This document shows, piece by piece, positions 12,821 through 24,920 of a stretch of 64,000 nucleotides of DNA. Both the position numbers and the translations under genes were made by a program. Within the stretch, counting starts at the first letter, position 1; each line of letters begins with the position of its first letter. The DNA comes from Phoronis australis. Taxonomy: Eukaryota > Animalia > Phoronida. The stretch spans positions 219,182-283,181 of the forward strand of contig NMRA01000447.1 in assembly GCA_002633005.1 (NCBI GenBank), given 5' to 3'. Under the pieces are notes generated by a model. The model was not told the DNA's origin and searched no databases. It worked only from the letters and a program-made list of their open reading frames with translations.

Positions 12821-14073
12821 AGTGATATGGAGGAAGTGTAAATGTGGTCTGTGTACAGACAAATCGGTGCTTAAGATTTATGTTCAGGAAATGTGACTCC
12901 CAGAAATTGCGGTTGCGCGCTTTCGGAGTGCATCTTTCTACTGTTGATGACCTTTGTTTAGGATACTTTCCTGTATTCATACAGTATGAATTCACACCGG
13001 TTAAATCGGCCAGATATTTGTTTATTGTACATGTATGTGCTTCAAACACACGGCTATTAAACATTACTGCAGGAACGAAATAGTTGCTGCTGCGCCACCT
13101 GCATGACAGGGCTAAAAGTCGTTAATAATCCGCCATTTTTTCTCGTTGTTGTAAAGCTAACCAATGACTGCCGTGGTTACATCAACCAATGCTAAAGTGC
13201 GTGCTACTGCGTGATGCCTGCGTGCTGGCTATAGGCACGTACGGAACGTGGCGTAGCAGCAACTATTTCGTTTCTGCAGTAATGTTTATAGCCGCGTGCT
13301 TGAAGCACACATTGTACAATAAACACATATTTAGCCGATTTAACTGGTGTTCATACTATATGAATACAGGACAGTATCGTAAACAAAAGTCATCGACAGT
13401 AGAAAGATGCACTCCGAATGGGCGCAACCACAACTTCTGGGATTCACATTTCCTGAACATAAATTTTAAGCACCAATTTGTCTGTACAACAGGCCAAATT
13501 TAGACTTGCTCTATCAGTCATGCCAGTTTGTTTGCGTAACGCGCTGTCTGTTGAGAATTCGACCAGCTAATCACGGAAACTCCGGTGTAATAATATTTCC
13601 CGAGGAAAATTAAGTGGTACCTGCGTGCTGGCTACCTCGTAGCGGCACACAGTGAACCAGCCAGCCCGTGTACCACAGACGGACATACATGTACATGTAC
13701 CAACTAAATTTATCTCATTGGACGATACATTAGTCACTGCGAGACACGCGGCACACGAGCGACCTCTGTGTACAACTAGGCTCCTGGAAGGCCACGAAGC
13801 GATGTCTGCTATTGTGTGACTGGAGTTTACACGCAAAAATATCAATTTTATCCTATTGTCAGAGAAACTTAAAAAAACAGACGATTTGGACAACACTTAT
13901 TCCGAGGACATTTAATTCACGATTTCACAAAACATCTCAATTTCATGGCCAGCAGAAATGTACTTTAAAATTATTACATGACTATTTTTGGAAAATCTAA
14001 AAGCAACAGAAAATAGTAATGCAGCCAAAAGTTCGTCCACGAGCATGCATGTTTTATTTTCTGCATCCATGTT
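12821..14073. repeat. Near-identical duplicate of 11596-12819 after a single-N gap (probable haplotype overlap)
   Basis: Sequence after the N at 12820 restarts at the 11596 sequence, differing by SNPs and small indels. Confidence 0.85.
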
Positions 14074-16373
14074 TAGGGTTGAAATTCATCAATCTATAGG
14101 CGGTCCTGATATTTCTATTGTCTTGTTGATATGGCATTTTAACGTCATTTCTGTCTACAGTTACGGAAATTGTAAATAATTATCCACCTGCTTCCTCGCA
14201 GTGTTTTCACGATGAAATCTTTTAGAAAACTGAGTGCCCGTTACATTCATTACCAAATAAGTACCATTCTTAATATCAGTTGTTTTCATCAATTTTTGCA
14301 TAGAAAAATAAACATCGTCAAACCTGCGGTGACATTTGCTCATCGACCAAGACGGGCGGGATAGCACATATACACTGTAGCGGAGGCTATATTAAACATA
14401 ATGAGCTTGAATTTCAAAGACCTTTAAACAAAAGCAGTCAAATTTCATTATTTTTTCGAAACGGAGTAATTTTGCTCCCCAATACATGTACGTTATCGTT
14501 GTAGCAGGACGCCAAAAAGCATTTTTTCATTGACGTGGCAATGTGGCATATGACAGTCTGATGCCATTGCAGTTATCAGAGAATACCGTTACGCAGCAGA
14601 GGCCAGGTGTGTAGAATCTCACAACTAGAACTCCCTTCCTCCCTCAAAATGATGAGAAAAACTAAGGCGAAGTTTTTCTTTCTAATTAATTCCGTTTTAC
14701 GGCAATTTGAGACACATATAATGTATTCTAATAATAATATTATTACGGCGTTTTATAATTCAATTTTGTTTGCTATCACAATAAGAACTTAACGCAAAAT
14801 CAATATCTTTCAAAACAAAAAATATCTTATTTGAAATAAAAAATACAGTTCAAATGTTTTGTATGCGTTCCAGCTTTTAGCAAACTGTGCTGCACCTCTT
14901 TAACCGGCCTGTGGAGACAAACACGTGTCTGGAAATTGTTATGTCATTTTAGGGCATATGTTCTAGTTTTGCTCGATTCAACGACCTACGTCAGAAAACT
15001 CCGTAACATCAACTTCTTTATGCGAGAGACAACACTTGGGGGCAAACAACAACACTGTATAACGATCGTTTCCATATAAGAACATCTTATTTGCAAAAAA
15101 ATCAGTTTATCCAATGCCGCTCAGTGTCACATACTGTAACATGCAATAATAGCGCCCTTACAAATGTTGAAATCTGTGCTATCCAATTCAGCTCGCCAAT
15201 ATTTGAGACCAAGTGTATTCATTATTTTTAGAGAGATTCAATTGAGAAAAAGTATGCGTCATTTGTATAAGTTTTAAACTTCTCGATTCCTTGCAAACAA
15301 AATGTTCTTTGCACTTTTGTATTGAATTTAATTATGAAATGGCAGCACAAACACGTTCTGCCTACCCTTTGCAAGTTTCGCCAAGGAACCTACAGTGTAG
15401 CTGTACACAGAGGGCGCTATCACTGCGTCATGCACGCACCTTGGGGCGAACTGAAGTATCCTGTGTCACATAGCGTTGTTTCGTGGTCGCTCCTACTAAA
15501 TCTTAAAGGACTGTGCACACGACGCATCATCGGACACATGCCCAATTAATCGCGCCAGTAGCTTTACTGCACACGTGTCCGCACAAGGTGCTAAAATATC
15601 CCGCACCGGGCGCTGATATCAGAGCAAGCTTCACGTGATCAGTTGACATGTAACGTGTCTAGTTTTAATCCGAAATAAGCCAAAGTTTAGACATCAACTT
15701 TTGGCCAGACGCAACTGTCACGGAGCAAATCGGTAGGTGTTAAGCGTCCGCTTACAACACACAGCTCACTAACTTTGGCAAGACGGAAATTGTAGGCTGG
15801 AGAGTGGAACGCACATGCACAGGTTTAGTGGCTGGAGTTGCACAGACAGAGGACCCGTAGGTAGGTCATTGCACAAGCGCAGTAGAGATGACCCTTTCCG
15901 CCTTGCCCCAATTTCGCGTTGAGACATATAATTGACACGGATCAACATGATCAAGCGCAAATTGCTCTACCTCACAAACGGGTGGCAAAAGTTGTCACCG
16001 AGGTGTCAATTTGCTCCAGGTCAGTCCTGTTTACTACCCGTACTTGCGCTAGAACATCTTGTTCCGTGTCAGCTGATCGGTATCAACTTATGTAGTGTAA
16101 ACGGCACTTTAGAGTACCTGCATGCAAGCGTATGTCCTGTGAAACGTGAGCAATTGGACGCACACATCACGATCACGTGTGTGGCTTCGGCTTCGCAAGC
16201 CAAAAATATTTTAGCATGACAAAAATAGGTACAGGAGCTGAAGATTCGACAAATGCGACACTAATCTACAAGTAGGTCTCGCGCCCGATGAGTTCAAGCT
16301 GCGCACCGACCGACATTATATATGTATCGTGTGAGGCTATCTTTACGATCTAGCTCATGCATGCTTACTGTAC

Positions 16374-16695
16374 CTTGGTTGTTTTTCATGTCTTCTGTCT
16401 TTTCTTCGTTCTTGGTCGTTGTCACTTCATGTTGAGTAACTTTCAAGGTCGTTGGGGTTGCCTGAGTAGTTTTACCAAATGTATTGTCAGGGTCTGATTC
16501 GGTTTTCTTCATTTCAGTTTTGTCAGCTCCAAGTAAGGAAGAAGTTTTCAAACTCGCATCCAATTCGTCGTCGCTGTTCTGGTCGTTTGACTTAGTGCTT
16601 TGTTCGTCTTCTTTGGAAGGATTCAACGCAGTCTCAAGAAAAGTCGAGTCATTCCATTTTCCAGCAGCAGTTGTACTGATTGCATTATTGCCAAT
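16374..16695 (-). CDS. Kv channel exon 3 (long S/T/acidic S1-S2 extracellular loop)
   Basis: Acceptor ccaattag|ATT (phase 0), donor CAAG|gtacag (phase 1, fits exon 4). Open frame IGNNAISTTAAGKWNDSTFLETALNPSKEDEQ...MKNNQ. Confidence 0.72.
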
Positions 16696-16999
16696 CTAAT
16701 TGGTATAGAACGTCAGACATCAGTGGAAAAAAACCCTTTACAACTGGTTTCACTTACATTGTTTACAGTGTATGAATTATCCACAGTGAAATTGCTTGCA
16801 TTTTATAATAAAATCGCTATTAGTTGTACGGAAAACAGAGAATCTTCAAACGTCAATTTCTTTTATTTGAGCGAGAATTTGAAAATGATTATTAACTCAC
16901 TGCATAACATTGTTATAAGTATTTGTAATGAAGTTTCAACAAAATTTTGTTATAAAAGTCTTATTTGTAAGAAGGCTAAGCAACTAAAAGGCAACTCAC

Positions 17000-17101
17000 A
17001 GCATCCAGCGAGTTCTGTTTTTCCTTATCCCGCTCTATAGTTTCTATGCAGTAGACACTTATGGACAAAATGATAAGGATGGTGGAGACAATGGAGAAGA
17101 T
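17000..17101 (-). CDS. Kv channel exon 2 (S1)
   Basis: Acceptor tcgttttag|ATC, donor GCT|gtgagt. Encodes IFSIVSTILIILSISVYCIETIERDKEKQNSLDA, with the typical S1-ending C.ET motif. Confidence 0.88.
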
Positions 17102-18520
17102 CTAAAACGAAATGCAACGTTGTTGATATGACCATAGTACCATAAAAATTGTCAACTCTTCAGTGGAGGTCTTTCAGATTTGTTTTGGCGAGAGCATCAC
17201 AATAGTAGCGCATGTCGTTCTGGTTGCCGTCTTCCTGAGTATATGCCTGGGGCTATGTTTGGTTGTCCTTGGTTTCTTGTATATTATCGATTGGTATTGA
17301 ATGGTCTATGTTGAACATTTATTTGTCTATTTGATTTTAAGTCTTTGTGAAGTTCGTACCCATATTTTACGTAACATTTTATGTTTTCCTAGAGATTAAT
17401 TTGGCGTTGAAACGGAGTGCTACACTCCTTTTGCCCTGGGCATCACAGTCGGCCAAAAAACACGACCTACATATCGGCATTTTTGTCGAATCAGTGTTGT
17501 GCTAAGAGATACCTAATCAAGATTGTTATTTTCTAACGACGTGCTTTTATCGTAATCTTTTTAAAGCAGTAAAATTATGAGAAAACACAACCTCACTGAT
17601 GAATTTATGTTACTGTTGAAAATGAAACTACACGGAATCCGTATCAGGGGAACACTAACAAAAGCATGTGCCTTTTGGTGTTTACAAACAATTATCGTAA
17701 GGGGGTATTTCAAAAGTACAGCAGGCCATCCTGAGACTATGTCGGACGTCCACTCAGATGCGTGGCGTACAATGTATCCACAGGATCCATTTTTGTGCAC
17801 AAAGGATCCATTTTTGCTACATGTATGTTATAGCTAGTAATTCGGAAAAAGTTTTAACAGACCACGCAACGTTTTTTTATGTTTTAAAATTAAAATTTAG
17901 TAAATTTGTGTTATGTACACGGCCCCTTAAAAATAGTGCTTTCTTTTACAACGTGCTGCCCCCGAGAGTTCGCAACAAATTCGCTATCAAAACAAAAATG
18001 TTCTCAAAAGGCCGACGCATCGCAACTGTTGTAGACAGGTCACCTGAGTCGGTTCAATACACGTAAAATTGGTATTGCGGTGGCAGAAAAAAACTAATAA
18101 TGGGAACTTTTTAAACTAAAGTGAGACTTAATGTCGTTTTATTTAGTTTGGAAATATGCAGCCTCTTTATATCTCATATAAGGTAACCTTGATGCCCACA
18201 TATGATTATGGTTCAATTGCTTATCGTATCGTTTGTATACAGATACTCGTGCTACTGGCATCCGTAAACAAAGGTTTCAACGATTTTTGGAGTGCAATTT
18301 TAATTCAGTAAGCGTGAATACAGCTGGAATTAATCAGAATTGACATTAACATGGATAAATTCTGTAATTTCATGGAAGGGCCACTAAGACCTCCTTGGGT
18401 TTGTACGTTTTCCGTGAGCCCGTCAAGTACATGAACGTACAGTGTACTTGAGCGCATCATTTCAGAAAATGCTTAAAAAATCCACGCTGTGAAATACCGA
18501 ATTTAAAAAGTCTGACATTA

Positions 18521-19932
18521 CATTGGCGGATTTAGGGGGGGCAGGGGGCCCGGCCCCCCCCCACCCCTTGGCTGCCGCAAAAAATAAAACAGCAAGAGCG
18601 TATTTTAGGGAAATGTTGAGTTCATTAATTTACTCCGGTAATTAAAAGTATACGACTGAAACAAGATTTAAATATGTGCAGTTTTAGTGGGGGGCTCAGA
18701 TCCAATTTCAAGTGTCAAATTTGGAACACGGCGCAATCGTAACTGAACTATGGTTTAGTATAGGCTCTCCCGCGATATCTCACGGGACCGGCAGTGGCGC
18801 TGGGCACTACGACTCCGTTTCCGTCGTCTGCTCCACGTATGTGCAATGAAGAAAGTTACTTCATGTTATAAAGAAAATGGAATCTTTGTGATGATGAAAA
18901 AACAGAAGCTGCTGGTAAGATGTCAATTTTAATCGAAGCCTTAGTGAATCACTCAGAAACTCATAATTCTCTCTTTGTCAAACTTTAACTTAAGACGATT
19001 TCCAAAGCAATCGTGTCATTATTGCCAACACNAATTATACGGATGAAACAAGATTTAAATGTGTGCAGTTTTAGTGTTGGGGGGGGGGGGGCGCAAATTC
19101 AATTTCAAGTGTCAAATTCGGTACACGGCGCAATCGTAACGGAACTATCGCTAAGTATAGGCTCTCCCGCGATATCCCAGGCGACCGGCAGTGGCGCTGC
19201 GCACTACGACTCCGTTTCCGTCGTCTGCTCCACTGTGCAATGAAGAAAATTTACTTCATTTTTTAAAGGAAATGGAACCTGAGTGACGATGAAAAAACAG
19301 AAGCTGCTGGTAAAATGTCAATTTTAATCGAAGCCTTAGTGAATCACTCAGAAACTCATGATTCTCTCTTTGTCAAACCTTAACTTAAGACGATTTCCAA
19401 AGCAATCCCGTCATTATTGCCAACACGAAAAACCGGATTTGGTCTTTTGGGCATTTGAAGACTATTTTAAATACAACACATTTGTTACGAACCGATTGCA
19501 CAAAATACAAAACGTGTAATAAGCATTACGAAAAGAATTAGGTTTCGCGCGCAAACGCTGTGGACCATAAACAAGTAGGTCTCTTAGTATCAAAACAGGA
19601 CTTAAATCGTGTTGGTGGAATGGTGAAGCACGCGCGCTCTATTCGCCAAGTCGCGAGTTCGAGTCTGTGTTATATGCAGTTTTTTTCTGTATGACACGTT
19701 CTCCCTGTTTTTTTGGTTTTTTTTTTGCTTTTTTTCTTGGATAATACTTCAGAAATCAAGGAAAATGCTTGATTTTTAGAGGAAAAAACAGAAAAATTTC
19801 CCGGGCAGGAGAGGGGCAAACCCCCCTCCCGACCTCTCCCCATTCGGTGCTTTACGCATCTACAATCCTGGTTCGCGCAAATGCTTGCAGACAAAATGTT
19901 GCCCCCCTTGTGATATCCTAGATCCGCCACTG
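18521..19932. mobile_element. Non-autonomous DNA transposon with CA(G/T)TGGCGGAT(C/T)TAG TIRs (hAT-like termini)
   Basis: CATTGGCGGATTTAGGGGG ... CCTAGATCCGCCACTG. Shorter relatives at 38548-38703 and 62977-63114. No clear TSD. Contains a gap-flanking duplicate (about 18645-19031 and 19033-19426). Confidence 0.65.
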
Positions 19933-21059
19933 TGGTAGCTCACTTTTATGCCCCTAAAGATGTATTTTAGCAGAACGTCTTTGTTCTTGACAAAATGATA
20001 ATCCTAACAGTAACGTGCTAAGCTCAAAAAGTGACCCAGTATCGCAGAATTCTTTTTAAGTATGGGTACCCAAGATTCTGATGTCTTCGTCCGCGGGGTT
20101 TGTCTCGCAAATAGCCGTCCACAGTGGACAAGGATGGGCGTTACGAAGGTTCCGCTCACACTTCGTCCCTGCACACAAACATACAGTAAGGCAAATCATA
20201 CTACACTGGTACACCTATGAAATACACTTAGCGAGCCATAGTTCTTCGTTACGCTATATAGTGAGCCGTCACATCATCTCTTTATCTGACGGTGATATAA
20301 TGCTCAAAGGCAGCGCGCTTTATCCGAATCCTGAAAAACAAAATACTGGAAACCAATGGATTATACATGTAGTATTAAATGTATATCTGACATTGTAATG
20401 GAGTAAAAATTAGATGGCTAATGTTAATTCAGTTAAAAACAGGGGCGTTTGGAAACAATAGTGGGTAAACGAATATTTAGGGAAGAAGGAAGATCCTTTT
20501 CGTAACAAATAATTTGATACGTTTTCTCAAAATTTTAGTCAATTTGAACTTTGTGCAATAGAAGTATTTCCACTTGTTTTTAAGAGATACATGGAACAAA
20601 TGACTCATAGGACTACTAACTAAATTGCAGTCAGCAACGAAACAACGCCAGGACTATGGCAGGAACATCTTTTTACTGATGTCATTTGTGACGAGGTTCT
20701 TTTTATAGCATAGAATATCGTGGCAAAGTTGCAGTTTTTTCTTCAAAAACTAAACCAAAGAGCGACATGCTGATATCCACGAACACACTGTAAACACTTG
20801 ATGGTAATGCCACTCAGACGCTTGCCTTGAATCCATGTGTTGAATACTGTATGTATATCTGCAGTCATGGAATTACTCCATTTATTGGATTTTTAAAGTT
20901 ATGCTAATGGTACTTGTGGAAAATGAGTCACACCTTTGTTAAATCCATAAGAACATACATTATGTTGCGTGTTTTTCATGCAATTTTAAACAAGCAATTG
21001 ACAGATTTATTTGCATTAGTTGTCATGGCAACCACTACTTAATTTTCAAAGTTACGCTA

Positions 21060-21735
21060 TAGCTGATTTTGACATTCTGGCCATGATAATTTGCTTTCAG
21101 TGACTGATTTATGTAATTTTATTGGAATAGCTGTACGCAGCTTTTAAGTTGTTTACCAGGCAATTTCCATGTTGGTGTACTTGGAATAATTTTGATAAAG
21201 CAAACAGGCAGCCTGGGGTTATGTAGGACCTTATCGACAAGTGTGTGCATTTAACAAATATTTTGAAAAGTATAAATTCAAATTTAAATTTAAAAGCATA
21301 CATATTCTAAATGTAGAAAGGCCGCCAAATTTGATTTTTGAATTTTTAGCAAACTGTTAATAATTGGGTTACGTGACCAAGTCTTTCTAGTGAAATTTTG
21401 CAAAAATAAAAGTACAACGGTATCAATCTTACGATCAAATTTTATTTGATTTAAATGTTCAAGGTGAGATATCAAAAACTATGTTACAGTTTTCTAAAAT
21501 ATTATTTCGATTTCATTTCACCACCTTAAAATTTCATAAAAATCATTAAAGTGTTGTTTTTGATAGCTCCTTAAGCAAAATTGGAACATTGTTAAAACAA
21601 TTTCTAACAGTGTTTTTGAGAATAGTGCATAAAGCACTGTGTCCGAAAGCCGAATCCAGTCAGCCATTTCTGAGATTATGATATTCCGAAATTTACCAAA
21701 TTCGGTCATTTTTGCAAGGTCCTCCGTAACCTTAA
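21060..21735. mobile_element. TTAA-ended non-autonomous element related to 5340-6000
   Basis: Shares terminal motifs and ends ...GGTCCTCCGTAACCTTAA. The left boundary is approximate. Confidence 0.45.
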
Positions 21736-22793
21736 AGGAGCATGCCACTAAGCAGATGATGTGTTTTCCATCAATTTAGATCGACCAAATCTGCTGGATT
21801 ATTCCACGTTCAATGGTTTTACCTGACATCAGACTGCAGGCAGTAAAGTTAGCCTGTGACGTCATCGGATTTACACAGTCTGACACGGCCTTCATCACTA
21901 GGTATTAATCGGTAAAGGATTATCTCTTGACTTTATGGTTCTACACCAGTAAAGCATTACACTTCGAGGCAAAATCCTTATGTAAATTTTCAAATAAAAG
22001 AGCTGTTTCATTTCACAATTACTGATTTAAAGAAATTTTGAACGTGTTTAATAGGTTCGGTAGCAAATTTCTGAGTTCAATCGCGGAGAGTTTGGAACTG
22101 TTCTGTTATACACTGAATCGATTTTACGTGAAATAAAGAACGGAAGTCATTACAATGTACAGTAACTTTAACATTTGCTGATGGTTCGGTTTTTGACAAA
22201 CGAAATCCGCGATTGTGATCGAGAAAAAAGGCAAAAGGTAAAGATGGACACTTTTGGTCAAATGGATGATTTGCCATGATGCAAGTACTGTATGTAAACT
22301 GTAGAGTCATGGAAAATTCCGAAGCTTGTCATTACTGTTACGAAAGTTCCGAAATAAAACGCCTGTTAAAGATCAGTTAAGCATTTGAATTTTGATTTAT
22401 GGTTGTTTTTGGTTTTACTAATGATAATTTAAGTCAGCACATTTGAGCTACGCGCTCGTTAAAGGCAAAGGCAACCTTTTTCCATGTCATTTTGACCTAA
22501 AATAAGGTTGGTTGGTTATCCTAGACATATTTTCCACTTAATTACAGCTTTTCGTAATTTTATAAATTACTCGTCCGCTACTCCGGAAGTGACGTTTTAG
22601 GAGGCAAGCGTTTCCCGCCTCTTGGTTTTGCGTTGACTTTACCGTGCGAATCTGTTCTATTCTACTTTTTTGTGCTGTTTTTCAACAATTGTCGCCACCA
22701 CGTTCCATCTGCTAGTATTCTGCGGCAAGATAGGTTAGTAGAGAACTCAACTACGTTGGATTTAGGGATTGTTTAGTGTGTTGTAAGCTGAAA

Positions 22794-23040
22794 ATGGCTG
22801 GAGTCGGTGACCCGTATCACAGTGACAGTAGTGTGAGTGACGGAGACCTTGTTCACAGGAGTGGTGACGAGGAATTTTTTCACGGACATTCAGCGGGTGG
22901 GTACGTGTTTGAGCCCGAGTATAACGAGGCAGAGTACGCACAGGCACAAGCAGCTGTTGAGAGAAACGAGGCGGCTACTGAGGACAGACGTGGTGACACA
23001 TCTTGGTGCAAATGCACTGTGTGCGTTGTTATGCTTGTGC
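22794..23040 (+). pseudogene. 5' part of the Kolobok accessory gene (KolX; P2X7 C-terminal ballast/nanor-like), truncated by the internal deletion
   Basis: AAAATGGCT start. YVFEPEY...RRGDTSWCKCTVCVVM matches the Y.FEP...R.G...WC.C..C..M motif. Similarity stops where transposase sequence begins. Confidence 0.72.
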
Positions 23041-23870
23041 TGTTCAGAGTTAGACGAGGCCAAGACACTACTGGACATGGTTAAGTGGACTTCCGGCATA
23101 CCACGGACAGAGGAACAACTGTCCCACTTGCCAGAGTGTCCCGCGACACACTCCCACTGGATGATGACCTGAGCACCCAAACTGCATACATCGTGTCGTG
23201 TGACTCCCTCGTCACACACCTGGCACCTTCTAAATAGCTCCAACACGTTAGACAAGTCCACAATAAACTTATCAAAGTTTGGCTCACCGATCTGTTCACT
23301 GGACGACGAACTGTCCTCTTCACTGGGTGTCGAACTGAGCCTGTAATCACTCCCACTACTCAATATCGCTGCAAGGCTGCTTGGAGGCTCTGGGCTGGAG
23401 AAAACAGCACAGGGCGAATCACTACTGGTTCCAGGAATTACACGCTCTGGGGTACTTTCGGAGGCACGGGTGACAGTGGATGAAGTGCCTCCACTGGCTC
23501 CAGTCACTGTGCTGGCCACAGCTCGCGAGGCTTCTCGCTTCAAAAACGCACTTCTCGGGGATGGCGACGGGGCACTGCCGGGAATCAACATGGACGGAAT
23601 GACATCCTTCTTCAGACGTTGTTTCGCAGGGACCTTCATCAGTTCAGCGTACAAATCCCTTTCGTAATCGGACGGCAGAAAGTGTTTGCCACACACACGG
23701 TAATTTTCCACTGCTTTATACGTTGCGTGGACGGGTAACGCTGCGTTCTTCACACAAACGAGCCAAGTACGGCGAAGTGTGTCATCCATCGGAAAGCGAT
23801 GTAAAGGTGCTCCCAAAGCGCGCGTGTGCCGATAATTAGTACAGCCTGGTACGCAGCAACAGTGTGGCAT
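22890..23870 (-). CDS. THAP-domain Kolobok transposase, N-terminal half (DDE core deleted; tail read through antisense KolX)
   Basis: MPHCCCVPGCTN...LHRFP...W...RVCGKHF..SDY...LKKDVIPS (THAP), a Ser-rich linker, then KFIV...LFRRCQVC...CVAGHSGKWDS (zinc-binding region). Similarity is lost after about 23040. Confidence 0.85.
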   Translation of the reverse strand: MPHCCCVPGCTNYRHTRALGAPLHRFPMDDTLRRTWLVCVKNAALPVHATYKAVENYRVCGKHFLPSDYERDLYAELMKVPAKQRLKKDVIPSMLIPGSAPSPSPRSAFLKREASRAVASTVTGASGGTSSTVTRASESTPERVIPGTSSDSPCAVFSSPEPPSSLAAILSSGSDYRLSSTPSEEDSSSSSEQIGEPNFDKFIVDLSNVLELFRRCQVCDEGVTRHDVCSLGAQVIIQWECVAGHSGKWDSCSSVRGMPEVHLTMSSSVLASSNSEQHKHNNAHSAFAPRCVTTSVLSSRLVSLNSCLCLCVLCLVILGLKHVPTR

Positions 23871-24289
23871 GTTGACTGACTAGTAAATGAATGCAAACGA
23901 CGACGGAACTTAACACAACCGAGGTAGAACAATGACTGACTCGGCAGCTCTCACAGTCAGGCTATATGAAAAGAAATTGGCGCGAAATGCTTGCCTCCTA
24001 AAACGTCACTTCCGGAGCAGCGGACGAAAAATTAATAAAATTACGAAAAGCTGTAATTAAGTGGAAAATATGTCTAGGATGACCAACCAACCTTATTTTA
24101 GCTCAAAATGACATGGAAAAAGGTTGCCTTCGCCTTTAAGTAATTGTAAATTTGGAGTTCCGCTAAGTGAAAAGGGCGATCAAAACAGAAATATCCAACT
24201 TTGTCTTTGCCAAAAAATAACCTAGTTTAGATACGATACGCTGTCTTCAGATTTGCATCAAATGATTAGCGTTTCTTTGTTTCCTGCTC

Positions 24290-24570
24290 CCCATAGGGAA
24301 CTCAGCGTCCGTTTTTATCCTGGGTAGTTTCTTCTGGCAAGGCATAAGTTGTTTGCTGAGGCAATATCCATCACTGAAATCGCTCTCGACAAAATGGTAC
24401 AGGATGATTCACTGTGTCACACTTAGCGTTGACTGGGAATGAGTCACTTCTGGAGCGTTTCGGATCTCCGGGAGGCCAAAAAAGGAAACCACCGCTTTCC
24501 TTTCAGCTTCATTATCCGAAAACCAGGAACAATACATGAAACCGTAGCAGAGTCCAGTGATACACGCAGC
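24290..24570 (-). pseudogene. Decayed THAP domain of an older transposon (duplicated at about 25075-25350)
   Basis: Across frameshifts: SCIVPG...VSFFGLP...HFVESDF...LPRIKTDA, the THAP C2CH skeleton. Confidence 0.55.
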
Positions 24571-24920
24571 GTAAGATCCGATGACGTCAACGCATAGTGT
24601 ACTCACCTTTCTCACCGGTTAATGCCATATCTTTCGGCTGCGAATACGAAGTATTGGATACTCACCGACAGGTTTCAGTAGTCAGTGAATAAACTGGTTT
24701 TACTCGTACTTTTCACTTGTTTTTGATAAATTTCATCTTGGCAAAAGGGGGGAAAACAACAGAATAAAGCAATACATATCTGTTTTGCCTATGCTATCAT
24801 TCTCACAAATCCGGAGCTATGTTTTGACCAGTAACAGTGTGCTCCACTTGCACAATATAGCAACAGAAATAAGGCAAGATACTGTAAACGTCACAGGCAT
24901 GTGACGCCGTGTATCGTTGN

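Larger units (their letters stand above)
22463..24135. mobile_element. Kolobok DNA transposon, internally deleted
   Basis: TTAA at 22459-22462 and 24136-24139, AG...CT termini, about 157-bp TIRs (22463-22619 and 23979-24135), and two convergent truncated genes. Confidence 0.9.

Noticed and set aside
11596-14073. 1.2-kb tandem duplication with paired ORFs (MFNSRVFEAH..., MFIAACLKH...)
   Set aside because: The copies abut a single-N gap and differ only at allele level, so this is probably an assembly overlap. The ORFs are chance frames within the MITE.
14161-14376. Possible extra Kv exon
   Set aside because: Not needed for phase continuity, and the phase-1 reading hits a stop.
18645-19426. 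About 390-bp tandem duplication
   Set aside because: Split by the N at 19032; probably an uncollapsed haplotype.
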